From positions 5,890,001 through 5,954,000 of the forward strand of contig OX597824.1 of assembly GCA_951406725.2 (NCBI GenBank): 64,000 bases of DNA. The letters run 5' to 3'. Position numbers and translations under genes: made by a program. Below, piece by piece: positions 1 through 16,202 of the stretch. Under the pieces are notes generated by a model that ran no database searches, was not told where the DNA came from, and saw only the letters and a program-made list of their open reading frames with translations. The first letter of the stretch is position 1, and each line of letters starts with the position of its first letter. This DNA comes from Octopus vulgaris. Taxonomy: Eukaryota.

Positions 1-147
1 GGTTTTGTTGCAATTAACCCTTAATTATAATTATTATAAACCTTACCAAATATGGTCTTTTCCATACCGATAAATCTACTAGGTGAAATTTATTAATTTT
101 ATTAAATTAAATATATTCCACCCTTTATTGCATATATATATATATAT

Positions 148-496
<349 letters not shown>

Positions 497-1624
497 TACA
501 GTTAATAGGAGGAATCCCAAAACGTCAATCGACCCCAACAAATACACATGCACGCACGTGATCCTCTTTCGGCATTCATAAGGCTTATTACTAACTAAAT
601 GCATAATATTTAGGTAAACTTGAAATTTATTAGAAAAGCTTCGTCATATACAAATTTATATCGATTTTTATGAGACGAACCACCATTCCACAACTCAGTG
701 AATGAAGAGCCCGGATAACCATACTGTGAGACATATAGCATACAAAATACTAAATTTAAATTTTAATAATATATAATATCGAACAGTTATATTATTACAA
801 TCGTATATAAGAGCGAATACTTTGAAAATCACAGCGAATACCACACAAAGAAAGATTCAAAGAAAATATTAATCTAAAATCAAATAAAGTATAAATTGAA
901 CAGTAAAATTTAATACAATAATAGATAGAAGTAAGTACTTGTACATCAACTACACACGTTTCATGACTGGATTAGGACTATATAACATTATATAAGAAAA
1001 CCATATCCAATTTCATTAGAACGGAAAAATGATTTTGCTTCCAAAACCAGTCACTGCCAAAGTCACATTCTTAAAAAAACATAATACTAAAATTTAACTT
1101 AAATTTAGCTTAAATTATTATAAACTCTGAAGCGAAACCACATCATTTTTGAAAAGAACCCATTTACTCTCTCTGTCTATCTCTGTATACACACACACAC
1201 ACACACATACACACACATACACACACACTCACACACACACATATATATCCTTTCCCCAGCCTTTACTTTCCTTCTCTTTCTTTATTCTCCTGAAATCTCA
1301 CTCCCTCTTCCCCTGTCTATTGTCCCCCTCTTTGCTTTTCTTTCGCTATTCCCCCTTTTTCCAAAACAAAAAACAACAAAAAGAGAAACAAAAGTATTTC
1401 CTCTCTTTCAAAACAAAGCAAACAACATCCGATTCTCAATAATGAAAAAGGAAACGTTCTCTTTTTTTTTCATATTTATTTTGTCTTGAAGTGTTCTATA
1501 AACGAACGAAAGCGCAAGTAAACAATTATCCAAAATTCTGTCTGCCTCTTTTTCTCAAAATATTTATTTAATGATTTATAAAAACATGCGACATATTAAT
1601 AAAAATCTGTAAATACAGACCATC

Positions 1625-1695
1625 CAGATTTCTGAGTACCTTATTTCGAACACGGAACCATGTGGTTGGTAAGCAAGTTACTTGCCACACAGCCA
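1625..1695 (-). mobile_element. 5' head fragment of SINE family S2
   Basis: Reverse complement reads tggctgtgtggcaagtaacttgcttaccaaccacatggttccgtgttcg, matching the head of the 43050 and 61728 copies. Confidence 0.8.
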
Positions 1696-1775
1696 AATAC
1701 AACACTCCGACATACGTATATGTGTCGTTTAATGCTCGAAATGAGGAGTAGATGGACTGCTGACAAGTGATGAAG

Positions 1776-1872
1776 TGTCGTTCTTTATGATACTTGTTCT
1801 GTTTTCCATTTGTTTCTCTCGTTGTTTGCATATTGAACTCGTTAATTTTCGTATTTGATGTTGTTTACTGTT
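1776..1872 (+). repeat. Dispersed repeat, homologous to ~31700-31805 on the minus strand
   Basis: Shared gatgaag.gtcgtt...ctgttttccatttg.ttctctcgttgttt...atgttgttta.tgtt. Confidence 0.6.
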
Positions 1873-2082
1873 GTATGTATGTATGTATGTATGTATGTAT
1901 GTATGTATGTATGTATGTATGTATGTATATATGCATATATATATGTTACTTATATGTATATGTGTATATGTATATGCATATATATTACTTATATTATTAT
2001 ATGTATATATATATATGCAAACATTCACACCTATGTAAATATATATGTATGTATATGTATATATATATATACATATACATAT

Positions 2083-2581
<499 letters not shown>

Positions 2582-3408
2582 TATATAGATATACAAACAC
2601 ACAAGCGTGTGTGTGCGTGTGTATCACATTTGTCAAAGAAGCTAAAGTTTAATTTTAATCATTCTGTTTTTCTTTTAGGTTTCGTACAACCTCTCTCTTA
2701 ATAGTAACAATGTTGGCAAAAGATAGATAAACGATGAAATAATGTAAAATAAAATCCTGAAATAATTTGAAATGAAAAGATTTGAAATATTTAATCCTCT
2801 TCATCATTTGTTAAAGATAATAAAACAAACAATTGTCAGGAACGTTGCATCATTTCTCCGTTCGACACGCCAGCTTTGGGACATAATAATAGTAGTGATA
2901 AGAAGAGTTTTTATATGAATAAATAGATTATGTCACCATCCGAACTGTGATGAAAACTTTGAATTTCGACAAGTATTTCCACCTCACCTGACCCTTCTCG
3001 GTACTTGTTAGGAATTCATACGTACGTAACGTTGTAGAATATACGTAATATATTACGAAGCACAATATAGGTATACGCAAGCATAAAACACACGTACACA
3101 TACAGAAATACACAGGGACTTGTGAACTAAACACATATATACATACGTATACACATGCATAATATATATGTATGTGTGTGTTTCTATGATTCTAGATACA
3201 CATATGCATATGCGCATATGTATTCATATATGTATATATCATATATATGTATATATATATATATATATTATATAATATATATATATATATTATGCATATA
3301 TATAATATATATATTACATATATATTATGTATTATATATATACATACATATATGTAATATTTATATACATCATATTTGTGTGTGTGTCTGTGTATCTGTG
3401 CATATGTT

Positions 3409-3500
<92 letters not shown>

Positions 3501-3529
3501 GTATGTCTGCGTCTGTGTGTATGTATGCA

Positions 3530-3600
<71 letters not shown>

Positions 3601-6600
3601 ATTTACATATAGATACATAAATATATATATGTAAGCTATGCATAATTATAACACATAGAAGAATTTTGTAGAGGATTTTATTGATTTTCGGCTTTAAATC
3701 TTCCATCAGTTGTAAACAACATATTTCTTTCTATAATGTATTTTCTAGAATATTTAAGACTTTTTTTGTCGTTGCAAGTTTTCTCTGGGATTTATACGTA
3801 ATGGCTGTTTATTGATATATAATTCTATTTATCCTTCAACTTATCAGTTTTATTAAGATGTAGCTATAAAGATTTCTATATTGATTATTTTCACGGGACG
3901 GCGAGATATCAAGTTATGGTTTTTCATATTCATTGTTTAATGTTCCTATTGAATTGCGAATCACCTAACAGATAACCAACGATCAAAACACTGAATCTAT
4001 TTTCGATATTAGTAAATAAGAGTGCATTCCAAATAAATAAAAGAAAATACGTATATCTCAGACAAAATGATGTTTTAACTCTACACGTTCCAAATATTAT
4101 GTAACATAATGCGTTTAGGAGAGTGTGTGTGTCTATACGTATGCATGTATATACATATAATTATATGTGTATGTACATGCACGGTATGTATAATATGTGT
4201 GTGTATGTATATGTATATAATATAATATATATGTATTATACATATATATTATATGCATATAATATGTTATATATATTCTATATATTATATATTAGATATT
4301 ACATATATATTATATATATTATATTATATTATATTATATTATATAAATATATATATATTATATTATATATATGAATGTGTGTGTGTAACGCATATATATA
4401 ATATTTATGCGTATGTATGTATGCGTATGTGTTACTGTATTTGCTATCATGTTCAGTGAAATGATACCATAGATCTATCCAAAATGAAAGTCCTTTTGAT
4501 GTTAAGTAGAATTTTGTAAAATATATTCTTTGTACGTATTGACTTCCTTATTTAAATGATTTGTAAGAATGATCTACTTTAAGAGGAATTATATGTTTAA
4601 TGTGCAAAATAGAATTGACAAGAAATAAGCTATTTTCATCTGTTTTGGTTGAAATTGAATGAAATTGCCCATACCGAGAAAGCAATCGGCCGTTCAAATA
4701 TAATTTTGATATTTATATCCTTTGATTGGTTTTGACTAGACACCGCCTCAGTATTTGAACATATCGTTATTTTCAGTTGAAAAATCTTATATAAGAAATA
4801 GTGTACATTTATCTAATATCGGCGCTTTTTATTTTTATCAAAATAGCTTATGGAAAATAAATAGATATGTCCCAAATTCTATTGAATCAGTGAACTACAA
4901 CAACTGCATAAAAGTCAGTTTTCATGTAGTTTTTCCCCTCAGCGCAAAGTTAACAGACTTGTGTGATAAAACATGCTTAACTATGGTCCATCGGAAATTA
5001 TGGGGATGTGTATGCACGATTAGTTTCCCATGTTCTGATTTGACCTTTTTTAAAGGCTGGGTTATCTGAGTGGTATTTGGCTGCTATTCCTCGTAAGTTG
5101 AATGATTATCTTGAGCGGGGTACCTTCTCATGCAACGTTTGATAGGCCGGTTAGATTTACGAACCATAATTCTATTAAAATAGAAAACCATGACGAATCG
5201 GAGTAGACTAAAATCAACGCTTAAGGTAACAGTTCCATAAACTGTAGAAATATTTATCAGAACGAGATTTTATGATTTAGAAACAATTCAGCTCTTTGAC
5301 TGAATAGAATTCCACTCGGTATTTGTTACGACTCGATACGCTCTGAGTTCAAATCCCACAAAGGTCTATACTCGTAGTCGACAAAAATGAATCACTTTCG
5401 TGCAGTGAGAGTAAGTTCCTTTGCAGTATTGGTATCTGGCGTTCTGAGTTCACATCCAGCTTTGGCCTTGCTGAATAGTACACTTAAACCATTTCCGTGT
5501 TTAACACCACTTGTTGAAAATTTTGATATTTTAGTAGCATACACTCTCTTCCATTCATTAGGACCAAGATCATGATTTGAGTATACAGTCCTCCCTTCCT
5601 AATCTCCAGCCTCAAAGATCTCGTAAAGTGCTATGAACTGGGCTTTTGTTCCTGACGAAAACTCACAAAATTGAAATTATTTATAGCTCCATAAACTAAT
5701 TAGTTTGAAAAATTAAATGATATGACGAAATATCGAAGTGTTAACGACGGCAAATAAACCGTAGTCGTGATGTTTTGTATCCACTGATAGTACAGTACCC
5801 ACAAACATCCATTCTCCTATCAGTAGCAGATTATTTCTTCCATATACTTTGTTTCTTCTGATGTAATATAATTTTAACGTACCATCTGATGAGCACTGTC
5901 CCCTAACAAAGATTCAATCCATCTTTTGTGTATGAAAAGTGAATTGAACTGAACTGAGTTGGAATAAAAATGTAACCAATTCAGTTATTGTTTGATGAAT
6001 ACATCCAGGCGAATCGGAAATCGGTTTCATTATTTTATATATGTGCATTTATAAGAGAAATAGCTACTAATTAGATATTCATATATGGATTGATTACCTC
6101 TGGAAAACTTATAAGATGGCTTAAGTATACGAAGGATTATCGCAAAACTAATGCGCACTAATACAATAAATCTAATTAACGTCTGCTTTGAAAACAGATC
6201 AAATTTCTTAAATATGTTTCTTTCGTTTGTCGTATGGTATTAAGAAGACACTGACCTATTTCTTTAAAATATTCCACTTCAACGAACCGAATAATTTCAA
6301 ATGATTTTTGCTTTTGTTTTCTAAATCTATTTTCTCTTATTTAATCCTATTTCTTTGCATTCCAGCGATTCTGAGAAAACAAATATTTATTGGTTTTCTA
6401 TTTATTTTAGTAGCAAGAATACAAAACTATCTTGAACGTAATGATCATATTTTCAAATATACTACGAATGGATATGCCAGAGTATAAAAACCATAATCTT
6501 AATCGGAAACATTTTGGATTAACTCTGACTATATATTTCTAATACTTCATGAAGTGTTCTCAAACAACTTACTATAGTCCACAAAACGCGTAGTATTGTT

Positions 6601-8876
6601 ATTAAAGGTGTAGGAACTGATGTGTGGAAAATCTCATCCGCAGCACCCTAGAACATAGACAATTTGCGCAGCAAATGTTCTCTGAAGGATGTACACGATG
6701 ATTTTATTCAAACCAAAAGGGTTACACACAGGGGGGACGATACACGGGACTTGTCGAACGTACACGAATAACCGCCTGTTCGCCAGATATCTAAGCATTG
6801 CTGATGCAGCAGTGTTAAATCGTTTTGCGTGAACGTGTGTACACTCATAACTATTGTATTTTTTCTCAACTACCCACTTCAATACGCACTCATTAAAGAA
6901 GAGGTTTCTTAATTCAACTATCAGAGTGTAAAACAAGCTTTCATAGACTCTTAAAAAGCGCATTTCGGTCGGGAGATCTTTGCCCTCAAGGGCTGGGTGA
7001 TCATGCATCTCTTATTCTCTTGGAAACATTTAAACGTCGACACTATATTTCGCAAATACACTATACTAAATTAAAGCAACGAACTGATAGAATCACTGGT
7101 ACATGGAATGAAATGCTTGGGGATATTTCTTCCAAATCGTTGAGTACTGGGTTCAAATCCTTCTGGAGTTACTTTTGCCTTTCATTTCTTCGGGCTTGGT
7201 TAAGAACAGGTCAGGTGCCGAACAGTTGTAATCAACTTGCGAATCGTCTCAAAATTGCTGACCTCGTGACAAAATTAGCAGGAATTAATTTAATAAACGA
7301 ATAAATGATATATCATATATTACCTCGGGTTTAGTTTATTGAGGTCTGATTTTTTCTTCTATAGTCAGAGTGTTCCACTATGCAACAGTATGAAACTCAA
7401 TATAATATTTCTAGAATCCATTTAGTATAAGATGAAGATATTTGTAAAGTTTCTATTTTATCTTTTGTATAATATTGAGATATAGCTAAAAACAAATTCA
7501 ATAAACGTTTTGCTTTGTGATGTTTTCTTCGATAGACTGCAATTAAAAGTTTAAAAACTTAGTTTGAGAAATAAACATTATTCGAAATTATTCGATTAAC
7601 TATAATAGAATACGTTTTTAGAAAATGAATAATTAAATGATTTGATCACATGTCAAATGAAAATGAATTTATGGATTTATATACGGTTTGGAAAGTGTCT
7701 CCATGTCGATTTACTTGAAGTTTCAACGTTCATTGTTATCTCATTCGGACAGAATCCTAATCAATGACAGACCCAACTTGAACCCAATCGATCTACAAGA
7801 ATCAGCGGCCAAATATCACTCATATTACAACACCGTGTCTTTAAAATGGTAAGGTAGATTTCAGAACATGTTTCTAGGAATTCTTACGTCTCGATCCCTT
7901 TCACGTTTAGTTCTACTCAACAAGAGATGTTCTGCAGCTGAGCCACAATAACAGTAAAGCAAGCAGAATTAAGTTTTCTCTCCGGAAAAATATCGGTAAA
8001 CCAGCAGTTTTCATCTAATTTATCCTGTATATTATACCAGGATAACCATAAATTTTCTCACAATTTTTTTTTCTAATTTGATAATTCATAACTCTTAAAC
8101 TAATATGATTTCTATTAATTCAAGATTAATAAAAAACGATTCCCTGATTATTCGTGGTTTGAGCAGACATTCGAGATTTCGACGCAAAGCTTGCATACAT
8201 ATATACATAATTCTATGAAAGTATTATACACAAGTTATTTACGCACGTAAATTTATCTATGTGAATATGCGTATCTAAACATATGCTAGGATATCGCGCT
8301 TCCCTTGGGGTCAGAGAATAAATATGTAGACCTTCGCTTTTCCCGTAAACTTTTTACAGGAAGGAAATACTATAGAATCGGCCTTGCTATTAGATATACC
8401 CATGGGAAATTTTCTTTCAATTTCTTAAGCTAATAAAACATATATGAATTATGTATTAACACGCACACAGCAGACTGCTCCGATTTCCTATTTCAGATAG
8501 GTAAACAGGTTTCGAGAAGTGAGTATATTTCCAATAATTTGATATGAACTGTCTACACTTTGATAGAGAAGTAATCAACATAAGCGGCTCATTATAACCG
8601 GTTAATTATGTGTGCAGAGTGACATGTTATTACAGCAAACAAAATTAAATAAATTAAATAAAAATTCTTTCCTATCTTCTCTTTACACGAAACAAAAACT
8701 CCGCAAAACACTTTTATGTCGCCATTCTACCTGCTAAAATCAACTATCCAATTTCTATCAAATTGCACATGTTGCATTGAACATGACATGACACAAATTA
8801 TACTGTTTTCCTGCACACACTATGTAGTAAAGACAGGATGATCATGGTTGGAATGCTTTTGGTCATTGGCCTGCTT

Positions 8877-9070
8877 TAAAACTTCCATGCTTTCTGAGAT
8901 TCGTCAACACTACACCTGATTTTCTCTCCTCCATACACACGCAAACATGTATCTGACTCACACACTGTTCACTTTCCAGACATTTGTACATTGCTGCATA
9001 CACTTTATACGTACGTTTGACAAGTTGTGGTGCACCTGAGTACTGTATACAATAATTTCATTATTATTAT
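8877..9070 (+). mobile_element. Probable 5'-truncated LINE 3' end (CR1-like) with (ATT)n tail
   Basis: Short coding tail FKTSMLSEIRQHYT*, then a UTR-like stretch ending aataatttcattattattat. The clade assignment is inference. Confidence 0.4.
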
Positions 9071-10881
9071 CAAGACTAACTTTTGCTTTAACATAGATTA
9101 TATTCGTCGTTTATTCGCTCGGTGTAACACCTACACACCTCGGATACCTTTAGGAGACCAGTTTATTGCCAAAAATTCACATCAGTTTCAGACTTGAGGA
9201 TGTCTTCTTCACTGCCTGATTTCTGTGTGACTCAGAACTCTGCAAAAGATCATGTGCACAGCCATTCCTTCTAAGTACAATGTTGCACACACAAGAATAA
9301 AACTAACAACAAGACAATAATGTTGAATTTTATAGCAGTCATAATAATAAAGAGCTTAGAAAAGATTGAAGTAGTCATGTATTTTGTGATAAGACTATTT
9401 CTTATCAATTAGTCTTTCAGTGATTAGCGAGTATTCTATCTAAATAAATTCTTCTGTAATGTTTGCGCCCCCAATTATATCAGACAAATTCATCATATCG
9501 TAACCATTTTAGTGTAACACAGAGGTCAGATTCAAATAAATTGATATATATGGAAATATTCGATAAATAAGCTACAGCAGTAATTTTATTTTATATTAGT
9601 TACGTGCCAGTATCCAAACTTCTTGACCACTGTTTGTGAAGCTGAACTGAGTTCGCTTATCTCTAGCCATAATATTTCCTAAATTCAAACCGGAATATGT
9701 TCCTCAACCTCATGCGTTGGAAAGTTGAACGATATCACTGACGTTGGCCAACATTGATAACGAAATGTATTATTATACAACTGTTCTTGTAATGTGCTGT
9801 GCCTCCCCACAGAAGTACTTTACTTTTTATATGTTTGAGTAAAAGTTGTGAACTAAGCGTGGGTAATGGCAGAGGCATCATTCAGATATCTGATTATTGA
9901 TCGATTCCTTGATAATTCGGCCAGTTTAGACACCATGCTATCACATGTATGAGGTGCATTTCACATTATTAGTATCGTTGTTGAGCGTTTACAACTTACA
10001 GAAATTTATAAACGCATTAATAAATGTTTTAGTACTTTTTTTAAATATTCAGGAATCTTGAAGAAACCAGTGGAAATCATAATTTAATTACATTGAGAAG
10101 ATATTCTTCCATACCATCTACCGTTAAATGCTTAAAGATATTCCTGTAATAGAAACGAAATTGTACGTATGTATTACCATTATGCTAGCAGAGAGAACAC
10201 GAAGAGATGGTTTCAAAAACTGTGAATTTCTAATAACTAACATCTGTGTATTGTTAACAATATATATTCTTCCTCCAAGGAAATGATAATGATACAGTAT
10301 TGACATATGAAAGCAAAGAGCATATTTAATAAAAGAAACAGACTGCATGAAAAGAAAAGTTTTCCGATTGCTTCCAGAACTGAACGAAATTAGCGAGCTT
10401 TAAATTGTGGCATATCAGATGAAAGATATGTAAATGACTTGAAAAATTATATCCAAGAATACTTTATTTAAACTGCACTTTATACTATATTTAAAGAAAG
10501 ATCAGAGATGCAAAGGAAATTCTCAACAAATTTGAATATTCAGTAATGAGATTTCGTTTGAGGCTGCTTTCATTAAATTGGAAAACCAAGCTGTTACTTC
10601 GAAATTTTCATGCAAGTTGAAGTTAAATAATGTTAGAAGAAATTTTTTTATATTTATACATCTCTACTTAATGAAATCTATAAATGTATTAAAACCAGTT
10701 GGAAATCATATAATATCATCAATAACTGAATCGCGCACCTTATTAAAAAATAACATGAGTATATGTATTCCTTTCATCACTAAACACTAACAGCATATTT
10801 CGGAATTGGGACGCTAATACTATAAGATATAACAAGTAAATTATAAAAAAGTACATGTGCCTTTCTAGTGTTTGTAAATAT

Positions 10882-11291
10882 TTATTTCTTTACTGCCCAC
10901 AAAGGGGCTAAACATAGAGGGGACAAACAAGGACAGACAAAGGAATTAAGTCGATTACATCGACCCCAGTGCGTAACAAGTACTTAATTTATCAATCCCG
11001 AAAGGATGAAAGGCAAAGTCGACCGTGGCAGAATTTGAACTCAGAACGTAACAGCAGACGAAATACATATTTCATTACTACCCACAAGGGGCTAAGCACA
11101 GAGAGGACAAAAAAAGGACAGACACACGATTATATCGACCCCAGTGCGTAACTGATACTTATTTAATCGACCCCGAAAGGATGAAAGGCAAAGTCAACCT
11201 CGGCGGAATTTGAACTCAGAACGTAACGCTAGACGAAATACCGTTAAGCATTTCGCCTGACGTGCTAACGTTTCTGCCAGCTCACTGCCTT
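10882..11291 (-). mobile_element. tRNA-derived SINE family S1 (Meta-domain-like core), dimeric copy
   Basis: Head aaggcagtgagctggcagaaacgttagc, B-box gagttcaaattcc, and core gcctttcatcctttcggggtcga..agtaccag present twice. Confidence 0.9.
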
Positions 11292-11651
11292 ATGGTGTAT
11301 GTAAATATTACAGAAACTGAATTAGGATAAAAAAAAGTCGTAACATAGGCATTCACATGGTACATATACTAAGTTGCTCGTATGATACACAGCTTGTAAT
11401 TCAGCTAAACTCACCACAATTGTAAAGATAAATGTAGGAAGTATAATTCTTTATCGTTAAATGCTTATAAATAGTTTTGTACAAAATGTAAAATATGCAT
11501 GTTTCCAATGGTTACAAGAACGATTACAAAGTGATAATTTCAATAAATTTCTTAATCGTGATTTCTAATATCTGAAGAGAGATACCGATATATATATATA
11601 TATATATTCCATTTTTATACTTTGTCAATTTAACGTATATATATATATAAA

Positions 11652-11856
11652 GTTAATGCAAACATGAAAATACAAAGAGAGAACACAACAACGCGAAGAC
11701 GTGGAACAAGTATAGTGTTATTGGACGCTCAGGAAAGGAAAGAAAGACGGAGGATTTAACGTTTCGAGCGGAGCTCTTCTTCAGAAACATAAGAAAAGGA
11801 AAGATCCAAGGAAGGGAAGACGGAGAGAAAATAAACGCCAACGATGCACACGCGGT

Positions 11857-11858
<2 letters not shown>
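11652..11858 (-). mobile_element. Short hammerhead-bearing non-coding element (Penelope pLTR-like, family E)
   Basis: Reverse complement of 55336-55545; flanked by (TA)n and (AG)n; contains the ribozyme motif at 11755-11788. Confidence 0.8.
11755..11788 (-). ncRNA. Minimal type-I hammerhead ribozyme motif
   Basis: Minus strand: UUU-CUGAAGA-A-GAGC(UCC)GCUC-GAAA-C-GUU/AAA; palindromic stem III AACGUU. Confidence 0.75.
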
Positions 11859-11918
<60 letters not shown>

Positions 11919-13109
11919 GATACATAGATGGATAGATAGAATAAAAACCATTGAAAAGCCAGCCAGACTTAAGGAACGAGTAAAGATTTGTGCGGATACA
12001 CTGCTTTTGCTTATTCTTTTAGTTGTCTTTATATATACTGGTAAGCATTGACTCGCTCGCGATTCTCCTACACTTTCACCCAGCGGAACATCAAGCATGC
12101 GACACCTGAAGTGAGAGACAACTTCCCTAGCACTGGGTTGCTACCAATTTTCAGTTCAGTGATTGGAGCAAACTAAACAGAAGTGCCTGTCACAAGGATA
12201 CGTAGCGTCTTTCAGTTCGGTCCAGGAAATGAACCCATGTTGTTATAAGTACGTGTCGACCACCCTAACTACAAGGTCAGTTGCATTCAAGTTCATAAAA
12301 ACATCGAAATACCCGCAAAAAAATGCTCTATCTAGAACTGACTTCAATCAGAAAACTTGAAATTGCAGCGAATCACACGAAAGATGTATTATTGATTGAA
12401 AAGAATATCGAAGCATCCCTTATATACAATATGATTTGGGACTTGGATTTCATTGATGATAAAGCTAAAGAATCCATAATGATACAATGGAAATTCTCAG
12501 TAAATTTATGTACTAAATAATGAGATTTATATGCATTTAATTGAATATCTGAAATTATTTTTATCCTAATTAAGATTAAATAACATTAGAACAAACTTGT
12601 GCTGTATTTGGTATTCCGATTTCTAAATTAATTATATTAATAAATGTATCTAAATTAGTTAGCAAACGTTATATTCTAAAAGATAATTGTTAGTAATTGA
12701 ATAAGTGTTAAATATGTTTGTTTATATACTCCTTTATTTGAACTTCTATCTTTTATCATATACTTGTTTCAGTCACCGCCTACAAGAATTTTTATCGGCC
12801 GTATTGCTCCCAGGAATTTCTTTTTTTTTTAAAGCCTGCTCTATCTGTCTCTTTGGGTGGACCGCTAGCTTACGCAGACGTAGGCTCATCAGCACCGATT
12901 GTCAGGCAGAGGGGACAGCCACACACATATGCATAGCTATGTGTGTTTGTGTGTGTGTATATATATGCTTGTATGTGTTAAAGGTTACGTAACTATTTAA
13001 GGGATAATAAATATCCAATATACTACTGGATGTATAACTACGTATTTACATCCTAGTGCCTACTTTTGCAGGGCAGTGGCGCAATTGAATATATATGTAT
13101 ATATACACA

Positions 13110-13275
13110 TTATTGTGTTTGGACGAGTCATCCTCTTTTAGTGCCTTTTTAATTTAACACACTCACCGGTCTGATTTAATGAAAATAAATAAGGAATGAC
13201 ACTCCCCAGACACAATAAAATGTGCTTCAACACACGAATTCAAATAAAGAATCATGCAAATCAGAAACAAAAACG
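13110..13275. mobile_element. Degenerate fold-back repeat (family C)
   Basis: attgtgtttgga.gagtcat is inverted against aatgacactccccagacacaat; shares sequence with 56090-56230 and 58421-58670. Confidence 0.7.
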
Positions 13276-13390
13276 ATATATATATATATATATATATATA
13301 TTTTAGAAGACTAAGAAAATGGAGATCGGAAGTTAATTGTTTTATTAACTTCCCCATCTCCATTTTTTCTATAAACGATATAAACTATTT

Positions 13391-13454
<64 letters not shown>

Positions 13455-13457
<3 letters not shown>

Positions 13458-13800
13458 GAAAATTATGTAACTAAAGAAAAAACTAAACAAGAAATGAACA
13501 AACAAAAAAATGGCATGGCAGGAAAAGAAATGTACGGTTTGTTTGCAAGAGATGTGAACGCCTGGGCAAATACAGAGGCTCGGTGGCTATGGATGAGGGG
13601 GAGTGATCTGAAGATAGAGACAAAGGCACTCATATGCGCAGCTCAGGAATAAGCATTAAGGACCAATTATATGAAGTGCAGAATAGACAAACTACCGATA
13701 GCGACAGGTGCAGAGGGGTGAAATGCTCGAAAGTGGCACAACGCGAATTTAATGTGGCAAGAATGATCTATTGGGATCTCTGTGGAAATCACGGCCTATC
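13455..13800 (+). pseudogene. Non-LTR retrotransposon (R4/Dong-type, REL endonuclease group) ORF remnant
   Basis: MYGLFARD..WLWMRGSDLKIETKALICAAQE*ALRTNYMKCRID...NVARMIYWDLC, the region C-terminal to RT; stops and frameshifts present. Confidence 0.8.
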
Positions 13801-14260
13801 GTTTTGTCTTGGTATAAAAGATGACCTACAGTAGTATTCTGCTCAGTAACCCTAACTTGCTTTTCAGTTGCTTGACTTTAACCAGTTGAGATTGTCTCTT
13901 CGTGGCCGAGGACACGTGCATCTCTGATTGTGAGCAAAAGTAATAGGGGAGCATCTTAGATATATGTTGAGAGGAATTCTTTGGGATTTAAATAATTGAC
14001 CTCTGGAAACGGGATTTTCGTTCATCATCGTTAAATAAACCATATTCTTGGAGTTGGGTGGGCAACTTGACATAGAGAAAATTCTAACTAGACACCACCT
14101 GCAAAGCCATTCGATATCTTGATATGAGATCATCATGTCACGCACAAATGTTTGTGATGTATGTGCCTGATGTACCCTTATCAGACGAGTAGTCATGATG
14201 TGTATATTTGAATCCTAGCGTCTCTTTGATGGCATGCGTTGCTCTCTCACATAATAATAA
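13801..14260 (+). mobile_element. ~0.5 kb dispersed repeat (family R) ending in (AAT)n, copy 1
   Basis: Aligns with 46815-47365, 50237-50728, 51335-51746 and 53732-54232. Confidence 0.85.
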
Positions 14261-14420
14261 TAATAAGAAGAAGAACAACAACAACAACGACGACGACAAC
14301 AACAACAACAACACCAACAACAACAACAATAATAATTATAATAATAATAATATGATGATGATGATGATGATGATGATTATGATGATGACGATAATGATGT
14401 TGTGATGATAACGACAACGC

Positions 14421-14515
<95 letters not shown>

Positions 14516-14640
14516 GTGATGATGGTGATGATGATGGTGATGGTGATGATGGTGATGATGATGGTGGTGATGATGATGATGGTGGTGATGATAATGATGA
14601 TGATGATGATGATGATGACGACAACGATGATGATGATGGA
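14251..14640. repeat. Compound (AAT)/(AAC)/(GAT)/(GGT) trinucleotide microsatellite
   Basis: Direct reading. Confidence 0.95.
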
Positions 14641-15278
14641 GTAGGAAAACAAAAGCGGACAACACGGAAAGGAGGTATCAAATTTGATTCACAATCGGCT
14701 GGTTTCAAATTTGACATGTACGTCGAGAAATACATCAACAGCTTGTAAAGAATATCAATCTTACTGCATGCGATAGGACGTTATATTTATCCAATGTGTT
14801 AAATTTTAAGAGAATTCAATTATTCAATGGAAATTCTTGATGGAATAAATTAGTCAATAATGAGATTTAGTTTCAGGCTGTTTTTATCAAATTCTAAAAT
14901 CCAGCTGTTAATTTGAAATTTTTAACCAAACTGAAATTAAATAACATTTGAACAAATCGTATTTTATATCTAGATTTGTGGGTGTAATTTGATTTATAAA
15001 TGTATTTAAACAAGTTGCCATTCGTGATATAGAGAGAGAAAAAAGGCAAAGTTTCAGTATCGGAATCACAGACAGCGTTCATTTGAATGTTAGAATAGTC
15101 TTTCTTTTCAACTTATAAATGATTTAGAAATATGAAGACTCCAATTTTCGCTTTACATTGATTATTCGATTTGTAATTAGGACTAAATTACTAAGAAATC
15201 GTTTCTAACATAAGCATGATTATATGCATATATATATATTTTTGCACATATATACATACATACAGATATACATACATG

Positions 15279-15334
<56 letters not shown>

Positions 15335-15343
15335 GATAAATAA

Positions 15344-15344
<1 letters not shown>

Positions 15345-15421
<77 letters not shown>
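15345..15421. repeat. (GATA)n microsatellite
   Basis: Direct reading. Confidence 0.95.
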
Positions 15422-15422
<1 letters not shown>

Positions 15423-15694
15423 TATAATGAATTAATCTAAGGACCTACTAAGTATTTCTAACTGCTGGAAATAAGAGTCATAACACATATTTCACTCGCC
15501 AAAAGAAATAAGAGTTTTGACTGTTATTTCCTGCAGGCAGACATACTTAATATGTCCTTTGCTTAATTTTAATCCTTCAGATATTTAATGCTTTTTGGCG
15601 CCTGCAATCACATATATCTTTAAGTTGTTACACTAGATTATAATAGAGCCAATGATATATTCGCTAATTATTTTCTCGTGATTTATTTGTTCCG

Positions 15695-15734
<40 letters not shown>

Positions 15735-15763
15735 TACATGTATGTATGTATATATACATATAC

Positions 15764-15808
<45 letters not shown>

Positions 15809-16202
15809 CGTATATATCTATCTACATATATATATATATATATGTATGTATGTATGTATGTATATCTAAACATAGATGTACATATATACATTCACAAAAA
15901 CGCACCGAAACAGAGGCACACGCACGCACACACACGCACACACATATTAAGACTAGTATGTTGATCTCGCTGGCCGTGTGGCGGTTATCTCTTCCGTATG
16001 TGCTTTCTAGCGGTTGTAAGGGTTTGACTTTTATTTCTAAGAATGTAGGAGCTTGCCTGCAGCGTCAGTCCCAATTAGTGACGAATGAATTTTTGCTTTC
16101 TGGTTTTATATTGCGTATAGCTGTCTTTGTTATTTCATATATGTGTGTGCGTGTGTGTGCATGTGTGTGAGTGCATATACGTATATATTATATATACATA
16201 TG

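Noticed and set aside
5640-5900. ctgacga (5652) and ctgatga (5886) hammerhead-like heptamers
   Set aside because: No convincing stems or correctly placed GAAA/NUH; expected by chance
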